Source: Octopus sinensis (lineage: Eukaryota). Taken from it: DNA of 64,000 bases. The stretch spans positions 35,278,001 to 35,342,000 of the forward strand of contig NC_043008.1 in the NCBI RefSeq assembly GCF_006345805.1, read 5' to 3'. The notes beneath the pieces were generated by a model. The model made no database searches. It saw only the letters and a program-made list of their open reading frames with translations, and was not told the origin of the DNA. This document shows positions 53,569 through 64,000 of the stretch, piece after piece. Positions within the stretch are counted from its first letter, which is position 1. Every line of letters starts with the position of its first letter. A program made the translations under genes and the position numbers.

Positions 53569-53743
53569 AATCAAAATAAGCAGCAAGGATATCCAAAGGT
53601 AATGCAGTACGATCGTTTCATGCAACTCCATTTAATTGAACAATGCAATCATTACATCAATGATTGCATTGTTAAATTAAATGGAGTTGCATGAAATGAT
53701 CGTACTTCATTACCTCTGGATATCCTTTTTGCTTATTTTGATT
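53569..53743. repeat. 175-bp DNA palindrome
   Basis: 85-bp arms (53569-53653 and 53659-53743), 6 mismatches, 5-nt loop ACATC. Confidence 0.92.
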
Positions 53744-53744
53744 A

Positions 53745-53813
<69 letters not shown>

Positions 53814-55159
53814 TATACTCATGTAAAAAATACACACATATAAAAATATACACATATAAAAAATATAAACATTACTTTGTATGTGGGTTAGACTGCCAAC
53901 CCAACGTATATTGATATTGATATAAGCAGTAAAAATAGTAAGAATATATGTAAAAACGATTCTGTGTGGTGCATCTATAAATAGGTATATACACTACCTT
54001 ATAGGTGAGTATATAAAAGAATGTATATGTATACTGGAGTGGGAAGGTGAAAATACCTACTAATTTTTCTAATTGTTTCAGAAAAGGATATAAAGCTAGA
54101 CGATACTAAATTAATTTGGAATACAGGCTGATTCTGATGTGGAATGAAGCCAGTTGTTTTGTCGTGAAAGACAGAGGGTAATTCAGATTCTTCACAGAAA
54201 CAAGGAAATAGGTGATAAGTACAGAATGGGTCAGTCTTCATCACTTCATCGCCTTATTGTCTTTAAACGCTTATTTTTATTCTTCATTCTGTTTTGCACT
54301 TTCTTCCTTATAATCTAACCATAAAGATAGAATTGTAATTCATAGTCAACCTAAGCCTTTTTCTAGCCTTTTTTTCTTCTTGGTTTTGATTATTCCTCTA
54401 TTTCTGTATTTTGTATTTTGATTATAATTGCATTTTGTCTGTCACTATATCTTGCCTGTAAACTGCTGAAAATAACACTGCTTTGGGTATGCATTCTCTC
54501 ATTGAGTGAAATAAAGAGATCTAATGAGGTACTTATTTAAGCAATTACCTGAAGGGGTATATTTTACAGCTTAGATGGATGATAATGATTCCACAACACC
54601 TCACCAATGTACCACGAGTGTGCAAATGTGCCGAAACAATTGTAGTGAATTTTACATAAAGAATGCCTTTCATTCCATTTTCCATCATATATCCACGCAC
54701 ACACACATGTATATATATATATACATACATACATACCCGTGTAATTGTTTGTGCATGAGTGTGTGTGTCTATGTACGTGTGAGTGCGTGTGTGTGTGAAT
54801 TATGGATTCCTATCTTTCACTCTGATCATGTTCGTTTCGTTCTGTTTTTCCTTCTTTCCATATCTTTCTATAATTCTATCTTATTTCCTTCATTCTTGCT
54901 GATGGCTTTTCATACAAAAGTAAAATTTTCCGTTCGTCTTCTTTCTTTTTAGAATTGTATAACACGTCAAAGAAATTCGAAATTACTGCACGGAAAATAG
55001 TTTCCATTTCATAAAAGGCAACAAGAAAGCACCTAAAACTACCACCACAACAATAACAACAGCAATAACCACGGCGACGATATTATGAGGACCCAGTTGA
55101 AGAAATGTACGCTGTTGATTTCAACAAACAAAACTTGCTGTGTTTCTATCGTTGCTGCT

Positions 55160-55198
55160 GGTGCTCACGATGACAACGACGACAACGACGATAATCAC

Positions 55199-55236
<38 letters not shown>

Positions 55237-56215
55237 CGACGACGACGACGACGATGACGACAATGATGATGACGACGATGATGATGACGACGACGACGAT
55301 GATGACGATGATGATGATGATGAAGTGGAGGAGGAGGATGAGGTTGCTGCTTTTGATGGTGGCTGTGCTGCTGGTGGTTGGTGGTAATGATGATGATGAT
55401 GATGATGATGACGACGACGACAAGGATGAGGACAATGATGATGACGACGACGATGATGATGACGACGACGACAAGGATGATGACGATGATGATGATGAGG
55501 AGGGTGAGGTTGCTGCAGTTGATGGTGGCTGTGCTGCTGGTGGTTGGTGGTAATGAGGAGGAGGAGGAGGAGGAGGAGGAGGAGGAGGTGGAGGAAGATG
55601 CTGGTAATATTGATGATTGATGTGCTAATAGTGATGATGATAACGGTGATGATAATGCACAAATAGTAATGAAGATGATAATGGTGATGATGATGATGAA
55701 GAAGAGAAAGTGGGAGAAATGAAGGACGAGAAGAGGCATAATGATGTCGACTATGATTATGTGGCGATGATGATGATGATGGTGATGATCATCAAGGAGG
55801 AGGAAGATAAAAGAAAAAAAAGATATGGAGTGGTGGTGGTGCGTGTGAAAGTAGTGTTGATGATGATGATAGTAATTATGATGATGATGATGACGGCGAC
55901 GACAACCACCTACTCAGCGTTGGACGTGTAGCACTTCTGCATAGTGGTGGTTGTGGTGGTTGTAGTGGTTGTAGTGGTGGTGGTTGTGGTCGTGGTGATG
56001 GTGGTGGAGGTGGTGGTGGTGGAGGTGGTGGAGGTGGTGTTTGTAGTGGTTGTGGTTGTGGTTGTGGTGGTTGTAGTGATGGTGGTGGTGGTGGTGGTTG
56101 TAGTGGTGGTGGTTGTGGTTGTGGAGGTGGTGGTGGTTGTGGTGGAGGTGGTCGTTGTAGTGGTGGTCGTTGTGGTTGTGGTGATGGTGATGGTAGTGGT
56201 GGTGGTCGATGTCGG
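55160..56215. repeat. Compound trinucleotide tract (GAT/GAC/GAG/GGT) with an internal duplication
   Basis: Direct reading. The spacer GAGGTTGCTGC..TTGATGGTGGCTGTGCTGCTGGTGGTTGGTGGTAATGA occurs twice (about 55339 and about 55506). Confidence 0.9.
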
Positions 56216-56493
56216 ATTGGAGCGGCAGCAGCTTAACACTTAAAACAAAACAACCTTTAAAAGAAATCTTCATCTGTTTTGAAATATTCGTCTTTCATCT
56301 TTCTTCGCTTTACACAGTTCAACATATGCATATATATTTATGTGTGTGTGTGCGTGTGTGTGTGTATGTGTATGGTTGGTGTTCTCGACGAATTTTCTTT
56401 TATGAACACAACATACCGTCCCCCTTTTTTGTCTCACCAATACTCTATAGCCTGCAGCTTTCACTGTGATAATTGAAAATTTTAGCGAAGATT

Positions 56494-56524
<31 letters not shown>

Positions 56525-56751
56525 TATATATGCGCGTGTGTATGTATGTATTTATTCGCGAAAATTTTCAATTATATGAACATATATTTATATATACATA
56601 AATTCATATATATATTCTTTTATCTTGGTTATCAATAGTTTCACTTTCAAAATTTTAACGCATAATATATCCCCACTATCCCTTACGTATGTAAGTATAT
56701 ATCTATATATATACATACATACATACATACATACATATATGTACATATGCA

Positions 56752-56795
<44 letters not shown>

Positions 56796-56909
56796 ATTTT
56801 ATCGCAATTTGATTTGTTTATATTATATATATATATATATATATGTATGTATATGTATATATATACATACATGCATATATTCTACGTGTTTATCTTGGTA
56901 TTCTCTCTC

Positions 56910-57036
<127 letters not shown>

Positions 57037-57321
57037 TATATATATTATATTATATTATATTATATTATATATATACGCATACAAACATACCTATATACAT
57101 ACATGCATGCATAGATACAACAAAATTCATTCACTTTTTGTCATATTCTATTAACGTGATCTATGTGGTTAGCGATCGAGGTGAGACAGGAATCTATTAA
57201 TTGATAGACTGATCTGTGATTGAAAAATTGTCTTTTCCTAAAACTATTGCTTCTTGAAGCAACAGTCACCCTTAATAGACATCATCTTTCCCCATTTTCC
57301 TTATTATTATTAATATTATCA

Positions 57322-57407
<86 letters not shown>

Positions 57408-58410
57408 TAATTTTTACTCTTTTTATTACTTTTGTTGTTGTTGATAGTGGTTTTGTTGTTGCTGCTGCTGCCATTTAAAGCCGCAGATGTCAAAGTCAGG
57501 TTGTTAATATACAGACGAGCTGAGGAGCGTCATTCGCTTCTTTTTCTCTGGCAATGCGGCGGGTTTCATGCCAAAGATAATTGGCTCTCAATGGCCTCTA
57601 ACTAGCTGAAGATATTTTACAAGAACGTAGCAAAAATTAACGCCAGAGAGATTGTTTATTTATTTATTTTTTTGTTTTGTTTCTTCATTTATTTCATTGT
57701 TGGGCTCATGCATCATTAATGTCAAATTCTCTCCTAGCTAAAGGCGGCAACAAACGCGAAATCATATTCCGGGGATGAAATGCTGTATCTTGATCGTTCA
57801 CCTCCATTAAGGTTTGCGCATTAGATAAGCTCTCGTCCACGTTGTTATTGATAGAGGGCAACCCAGTGTCAGGAATAATGATGCCAATCCAATTCAAGTT
57901 AAATCCTACATGAGAGGTCCCCAGGCTTTTTTGCGACATTGAACTCCTTTTCGGTAAAGGAATTTACACACGAGCCCCACGATCTTTGAATGATTTGTCA
58001 ACTGAATAAATCAATTTTAGTTACTAATGACAAAATTGTTTTACTAGTTTTAACTCGCAATTGGAAGGTACCTTTGTCGTTTAGTAACTGTATGTAGTAG
58101 AGTTAGAAAATTCACACTGCATCAGAAACCTTATAGAAATTTCAATGCAGCTCACGAACCACCTGTACTACGTATGTGGAACCTAGGTCTCCACGAAGCC
58201 AAAAATAAAACCGCTATTGCATATAAACAAAGCTGTCTAACTTTGAGGCTGTGGATATTTGACTTAGTGTGTTCCCAAATTACACTGGGCGACAACCAAT
58301 TTTCATCAGGGATATTATAAGGTGTTTTATATGTAGTTTTGTCCATAGATTTCAAAAATGTAATCGGTTTCGTTCTATCAGGCACAGTTTTTCTGATGAG
58401 ATAAGAGAGG

Positions 58411-58543
58411 TATATAACTCCCATCAGCAGTGTCGCTACACATAAACGTCTTATACAGGTAAATTCGGATTTTTTAAATAACTGTTAGTATTAATTTTCT
58501 ATTCATAATCTTTTCTTTTCATAAATTTTACTTTCTGTTTAAG
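58411..58543 (+). promoter_or_regulatory. Putative TATA box and 85-nt 5'UTR intron of the transposase gene
   Basis: TATATAA at 58411-17. CAG|GTAAAT donor at 58459. T-rich tract and TAAG| acceptor at 58543, 46 nt before the ATG. Confidence 0.45.
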
Positions 58544-58588
58544 GTGCCAAGTCATCATCATCATCATCATCATTAAATTCTACTCAGA

Positions 58589-60265
58589 ATGTCAAGGCGT
58601 TGCAAGAACAGTCCTGATATATTTTGTCATGTCCGTGGTTCATTTACCACCAAAGCTCAGCAACATGCCATCACAACTGAAATCAAGACCTACCAGTTAT
58701 ACTTTGGGTGCTCTCTCGGGGATCGAGATAGGAGTTGGGCCCCGTACATCATCTGCTCAGCTTGTTCAAATGGACTAAGGGATTGGCTAAATAAGAGGAA
58801 GAGAGCAATGCCGTTTGCAATACCTATGCTATGGAGAAAGCCAAAGGATCATTTCATGGACTGTTATATCTGCAACGTTAATGTATGTGGGTTTACTGTA
58901 AAGACCAAGCATAAGATTGTGTATGCCAACTTGGAATCAGCAAGAAGACCAGTACCACACAACGATGATGATCTTCCTATTCCAATACCACCAGAAAATG
59001 GCCTTCAGATGTCTGACGAAGATGTATTTCCTGAAGAAAATACTACGGCTGTGGAAGACACCAAAGTGGATGCAGATTTCACGATTGAAAATGAAGACAT
59101 ACCACAGAAATTTTCTCAAGAAGAGTTAAACGATTTACTTAGAGACTTGTCATTGTCAAAGGATAAAGCTGAACTATTAGCATCCCGCCTACAAGAAAAG
59201 TGTCTGCTTAAGAAAAATGTTTGTATTACTCATTTCAGGAAGAGAAATAGGGATCTGACTTCATGCTTCTCTGTTGATGGACCACTTTGTTTCAGTAATA
59301 ACACTGATGAGTTATTTCGCTGTTTGTTTCAAGATCATGTTCCAGCTGAATGGCGCTTATTCATTGATTCATCTAAGAGAAACCTCAAGACAATACTACT
59401 ACACAACGGCAATAAGAAACCATCCAATCCCATAGGACATTCAATGCACATGAAAGAGTGTTATGAAAACATGCAAGTACTCCTCAATGCTATGAAGTAT
59501 ACAAACTGCAGCTGGAAAATATGTGGAGACTTGAAAGTGATTGGAATGTTGATGGGAATGCAATCTGGGTTCACGAAATATTGTTGCTTTTTATGCCTAT
59601 GGGACACTAGGGCAACAAACAAGCACTATGTGCGATCAGAGTGGCCTTTGCGAGAATCATATGAGCCGGGAGTTTCTAGCGTCCAAAGTAAGCCACTTTT
59701 AAGACTAGAAAATGTTCTTCTTCCCCCTCTTCACATAAAGCTTGGTCTCATAAAACAATTTGTGAAGACACTTGCCAGGAAAAGTTCAAAAGGTTTTGAA
59801 TACGTGAAGGCCAAATTTCCAAAAATCAACGAAGCAAAACTGAAGGAGGACGTATTCATAGGTCCGCAGATGAAAGAACTCCTGAAGGACAACCACTTCC
59901 TCACAGCACTGGATAAGACTGAACTTAAAGTCTGGGAATCCTTCAAATGGCTCTGTGAAAATTTCCTAGGCAACAAGAGATCTCCAGAGTATAGAAATGG
60001 AGTGAAATGTCTTCTAGACTCCTACGCTGCAATGGACTGTCGGATGTCATTAAAAGTCCATTTCCTTGATTCACATCTGGACTTTTTTTGCATAGAACCT
60101 TGAAGTAGTGTCTGATGAGCAAGGGGAACGCTTTCATCAAGATATCGCATCGATGGAACAACGATATCAAGGATTTTGGAATGCAGGAATGTTAGTTGAC
60201 TACTGTTATACAGGGATGAACCTGAGATAAAACACCATAGAAAATCCAAATCCCAAAGAGTTTAA
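58589..60265 (+). pseudogene. Chapaev3 transposase, 504 aa open then disabled at the C-terminus
   Basis: Cys/His-rich N-terminus (LGDRDRSWAP..CSAC, PMLWRKPKDH..DCYIC, SARRPVPH), FIDSS, CGDLKV, PPLHIKLG. One extra T in the T7 run (60083-89) and a TAG separate the motif VSDEQGERFHQDI..MEQRYQG.W. A second frameshift lies near 60207; the restored frame stops at 60263-65. Confidence 0.88.
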
Positions 60266-60334
60266 GTTGTTATGCATTTGAGTGCATTCTAACTTATTTG
60301 TACACAATAATTTTAATTTTTGTGCAAATAAAAG

Positions 60335-60352
60335 CCCTAACCCTAACCCTAA
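60335..60352 (-). repeat. Short telomere-type repeat (TTAGGG)3
   Basis: CCCTAA x3 on the plus strand, directly after AATAAA (60327-32). Confidence 0.75.
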
Positions 60353-60724
60353 TTATCGTATCTTGTGTTCACTATAATTTATATGCTTTACATATCCTAT
60401 AAGTTAAAATAGCAGGTATCATTAACATGAAAATGTGACCTGACAGAGGAAATTGGATTTCAGATTCGTAATCAGCATCAAAAATTAACCCAGAAAATTA
60501 ATCAGCAACTCTGATGATTAAAAAAAGTTTCATTTTGTTGACCAGTGTTATCAGACACTATCTCAATATCGCTGTCTGTGTATTATACAGAATATATATA
60601 CATCATTGAAGGGCATGATATTGTTTTGTCTGAAAGAAAATCCCTTCCTTATACATTTTGTGTTAAAAACACATTATATATTGGACTTCAGCTAAATCTC
60701 ATCGCTACAGTAGCGTCTCGATAA

Positions 60725-61020
60725 AGGTAGACTATCTGACATCTGCGCTACACACCCTGCAGAGAAATTTTACTCCAGAAATCATTTGGAGGAATTCCAT
60801 TTCAGCTGCTTGTATTCGCGATCGTATTTTTTCAGTTATTACGTCAAATTCATGACTGAGGTGAGAATAGGCATAAAAACTGAACTGAAGATAGTAATTT
60901 TGGCTTTTTTACCAACCTCTGTTCTTCTGAGGATTGAACGCTGGAACTGGTGCATTACCGTGCCAGCACCTGCAGTTGTACCATCCGTTCCGGCCTCTTG
61001 CTTCCCCACACTCCTCCTTT
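60725..61020 (-). mobile_element. RTE-clade (Rex3/Expander-like) LINE fragment
   Basis: AGTVMHQFQRSILRRTEVGKKAKITIFSSVFMPILT / HEFDVITEKIRSRIQAAEMEFLQMISGV..RV.SADVR, with a frameshift at the YG position. Confidence 0.8.
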
Positions 61021-61279
61021 ATTATTTTTAATCAGAACTGGTAATTTTAAAAAATGAGGGTTTGCTTATTTAAAGCTTCCTCATATAGTCACACTTTCTT
61101 CTCAACAGTACAATCAACGTAGCTGTATTTGAGTTGTTATTAACAAAAATGAAACAGCTCACCATGGTAAGGAGTGAGAATACTGTAAAATTCACGAGTA
61201 GCATATTGACTTGCTGGGTTCAGCTTTATTCTCCCTCAGAAATTGAACTCTAGTACATAATAACTGATGACACTGCCTT

Positions 61280-61400
61280 ATCTTAGTAAATGCAGTGACT
61301 ACTCCAGTTGTGTTTCGATCTTATTAAACGTCATCAGCGAAGTTTAGGATATGTACTACTACGTCACATAATTGCAGAGAGAATTTAGTTTTATTGTGAA
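61280..61400 (-). repeat. Repeat fragment with CUGAUGA...GAAAC (61312-61337); homolog at 63860-63985
   Basis: Shared AGTAAATG.AGTGA..ACTC.AGT..TGTTTCG.TCTTATTA.ACGTCATCAGCG and CACATAATT.CAGAGAG..T.TAGTTTTATTGT. Confidence 0.65.
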
Positions 61401-62029
61401 GAAAATTCAATTATTAGGCCATTTATACTTCTCTTATCTCCTCGCATAACCTGTATGCATTTGATGGCTTTCCCATATTTCTAGTTTTTACCTTGACAGT
61501 GACAGAACCTCTTTTGTAAAAATGAGTATAGTAGCTACTTTTTTGAAGGTTATATTCCAGTATTATGATATTGAATATTCTTAGTTTAGTAAACGGTCAC
61601 ACATTCATGGACAGTTTATTGAGGGCTCTTGAATTCTGTATTTCTATTTCACCTCGAGGTATGACTTAGGCATTCAATCAGCACCCGATATCGTTACGGG
61701 TTTCTTTTAAGATGCTGGAAAATTGCAGATACATAAAACGTTGATAGTGTGATGTTGACCGCGTCTTTCTGAAAGACCCTAGCCGTCAAAATAGAGGAGT
61801 ATGGTGCATCCAACTGTGAATCGAAACCGTGAAGTATATTTGTCTCATCAGAAAAAAGATTAGATTAGTGTTCTACAGTGTACGTAGCATCACTTGATTA
61901 TGATTTCCCATTAAATTATTTGACTGGTAAATGCATAACCTCATACACGTCCACATCACACACGCATACAAATGCAATAATGTACTTAGATATGTGTGTT
62001 TGTTGTGTGCGCGAGTATATATGTAAGAG

Positions 62030-62072
<43 letters not shown>

Positions 62073-62777
62073 ATATATATATATATATACGTGTGTGTGT
62101 GTGTGTGTGTGTGTGTGTTGTAATGAGACATAATAAGAAGAAAGAGAGACAGAGAAAAGAGAAAAGTAGACAGACAGTGGTGTAGAATTTTCAAATTTCT
62201 CATACTCTTTGTCAATTTACTTTGATCTATGTTGGTATTATTGGAATTTAGACAAAATCTGTCATTTGTTAGTCTGATCTATGATTGAAGAATATTTTAT
62301 TCCTAAAAGTGTGGATATTTCAAGTAATATTCACCGTTTATAGACATCTAGCACACTGCTATAAATTATTATTATTGTCGTTGTGATTACACTATTATTA
62401 GCCTGCTATGAACTTTAAGATCTTTAAGATTATAGTGTTTCCCAGTTCTTCTAAAACACATTAGTCTTCTGGAGTAATTCCGGACTGTAATATCTCTTCA
62501 ATATTGTTCTGCATTCACACTGACTTCTATGTGCCTTCTACATTTCTTCTGTATTTCATTGTATTTCTCTAAATTATTTTTCTCTGCTCTTTCATCCAAC
62601 TTTTACAATCTCCCTCGCTATCTATAACGTCTGCTCTCTATTCGTTTTATGCAAAATGACGTTCATAGTTTAGATTTTCAATATTTCCTACCGTTTTTAG
62701 TGAAATTCCAAACAAGAGAACAGCTATGCACTCGTCCAGCCTGTTCCAAAGCATACGACTTTAAAGTCCCTCTGTGA

Positions 62778-63050
62778 AGACGTGTGGCTCAGTGTTTAAG
62801 GTGTTGCACTTACGATCGCAAGATTGTGGTTTCGATTTCCAGACTGACGGTGTGTTGTGTTTTGAGCAAAGCACTACATTTCAGATAGCGCCAGTCATCT
62901 CAGCTGTAAACGTTTAACCCTGCGTTGGACTGGTGCTCCGTTCAAGGGGAAAGTTGGCCTGCCTACCAAGCTAGCGAGCTTGCAATTTTTCGAAAGCAAT
63001 AACAATACTAAGAAGCGCATTGCGACCAGTGGTGTTTAAACACCTCCGAT
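62778..63050 (+). mobile_element. Degraded tRNA-derived SINE with central conserved-type domain
   Basis: GTGTGGCTCAGTGTTTAAGGTGTTGCAC..GGTTTCGATTTCC head, then AACCCTGCGTTGGACTGG...AGGGG. Confidence 0.7.
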
Positions 63051-63859
63051 TGTTTGATCGGTTCAGTGATATAGTGAATATCCCTCTAATCATATTCTTG
63101 TGCCATATATAAAACAAACGTTTTTAGTCCTAATCTACGGATAATCCCATCGGAAATGCTTTTAATATAGGGCTGAAAACTGATCTCAACAAATGAATGA
63201 TATTCTTGCTTGGACATATCTATAATCTACTCCTTGAGGGATTATAGGCTGGGTTAATCTGGTTTCCATTAAATAATGGTTTTATTCTTATCCTATTTAA
63301 GATACCAGTATACACTATGAATTAATGTTATTTAATTCTATTGGTAATATTTGATTCTGCTCGTCAGATATTTGCTTAAGATTGCACGGGATCATCAACG
63401 CTTTATATTATATTTACATAAGATTGTATAAGACCATCTGCATATTGTTGTATAAGTACATAAGATCACATAATACAATCAGTATTTATTCTTATATTTA
63501 TTCAAGCTAATGTAAGATGAACGTCTGTACACTGTCTTCTATTTACTAAAGATTGTTTAAGACTCAAACTTGTGTAAGAGCATTGTGATGTTTACCTAAG
63601 ATTTGGGAAATACTTAAATGCTTTCTCATAAAATAGATACTTATACAAACTTGCATGGGACTAACTCTGGATTCTGTCATTCGTTCTTGTAAATATACAC
63701 CGAAGGAGTAGAATGATAGACCATCTACATAAATACAAGCTAACTTAGTGTGGTAAAACAAAATTAGTTTTCAAGCAATTTAAATTTAATCCGTAATTAA
63801 ATTAAAACTAATTCGTGTTATAAGAATTAAGTTAAAATATTCAATGTAGAAGGGGCTGA

Positions 63860-63985
63860 TCTTCAGTAAATGTAGTGATAACTCAGTCTATGTTTCGGTC
63901 TTATTACACGTCATCAGCGTAGTAAACTGTAATATGTACTTACCATATCACATAATTACAGAGAGGATATAGTTTTATTGTAAAT
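63860..63985 (-). repeat. Second copy of the 61280 family (core 63892-63917)
   Basis: CTGATGA-CGTG-TAATAA-GACC-GAAAC on the minus strand. Confidence 0.65.
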
Positions 63986-64000
63986 ATAATTCCTTTATTA

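Larger units (their letters stand above)
58283..60547 (+). mobile_element. Full-length Chapaev3-type (CMC superfamily) DNA transposon
   Basis: Ends CACTGGGCGACAA (58283) and TTGTTGACCAGTG (60547), 11/13 inverted match. TTA on both flanks (58280-82, 60548-50), consistent with the 3-bp TWA duplication I recall for Chapaev3. Confidence 0.85.

Noticed and set aside
54082-54180. Strong acceptor followed by a possible exon
   Set aside because: All three frames hit stops within 17 codons, and there is no evidence for a terminal or non-coding exon.
58589-60103. 504-aa ORF as a host gene
   Set aside because: It is bounded by TIRs and a target duplication, has transposase motifs, and is frameshifted before the last catalytic residue.

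Overview
AT-rich eukaryotic DNA, mostly intergenic or intronic. The density of (TA)n/(CA)n/(TATG)n/(TCTA)n microsatellites and the SINE families suggest a coleoid cephalopod such as Octopus (inference). I could not confirm any intact host gene, and nearly all ORFs in the track are microsatellite translations. The window is dominated by transposon remnants: a Gypsy LTR, PBS and decayed gag at the left edge; three CR1-type and two RTE-type LINE fragments; two mariner copies and one DD37D (maT-like) copy; a 3.6-kb Helitron with both termini and an internally deleted RepHel; a smaller non-autonomous Helitron; many tRNA-derived SINEs; and a full-length 2,265-bp Chapaev3-type DNA transposon (imperfect TIRs, TTA duplication, nearly complete but frameshifted transposase). 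The most interesting layer is a set of Penelope-like pseudo-LTR fragments carrying minimal hammerhead-ribozyme motifs. Two have intact canonical cores (15042-15087, 46701-46735). Others carry shared non-canonical cores. Two long DNA palindromes (21346-21557, 53569-53743) fold back at a similar point of a related hammerhead-like unit. All calls come from reading the sequence by eye; no database searches or folding programs were run.
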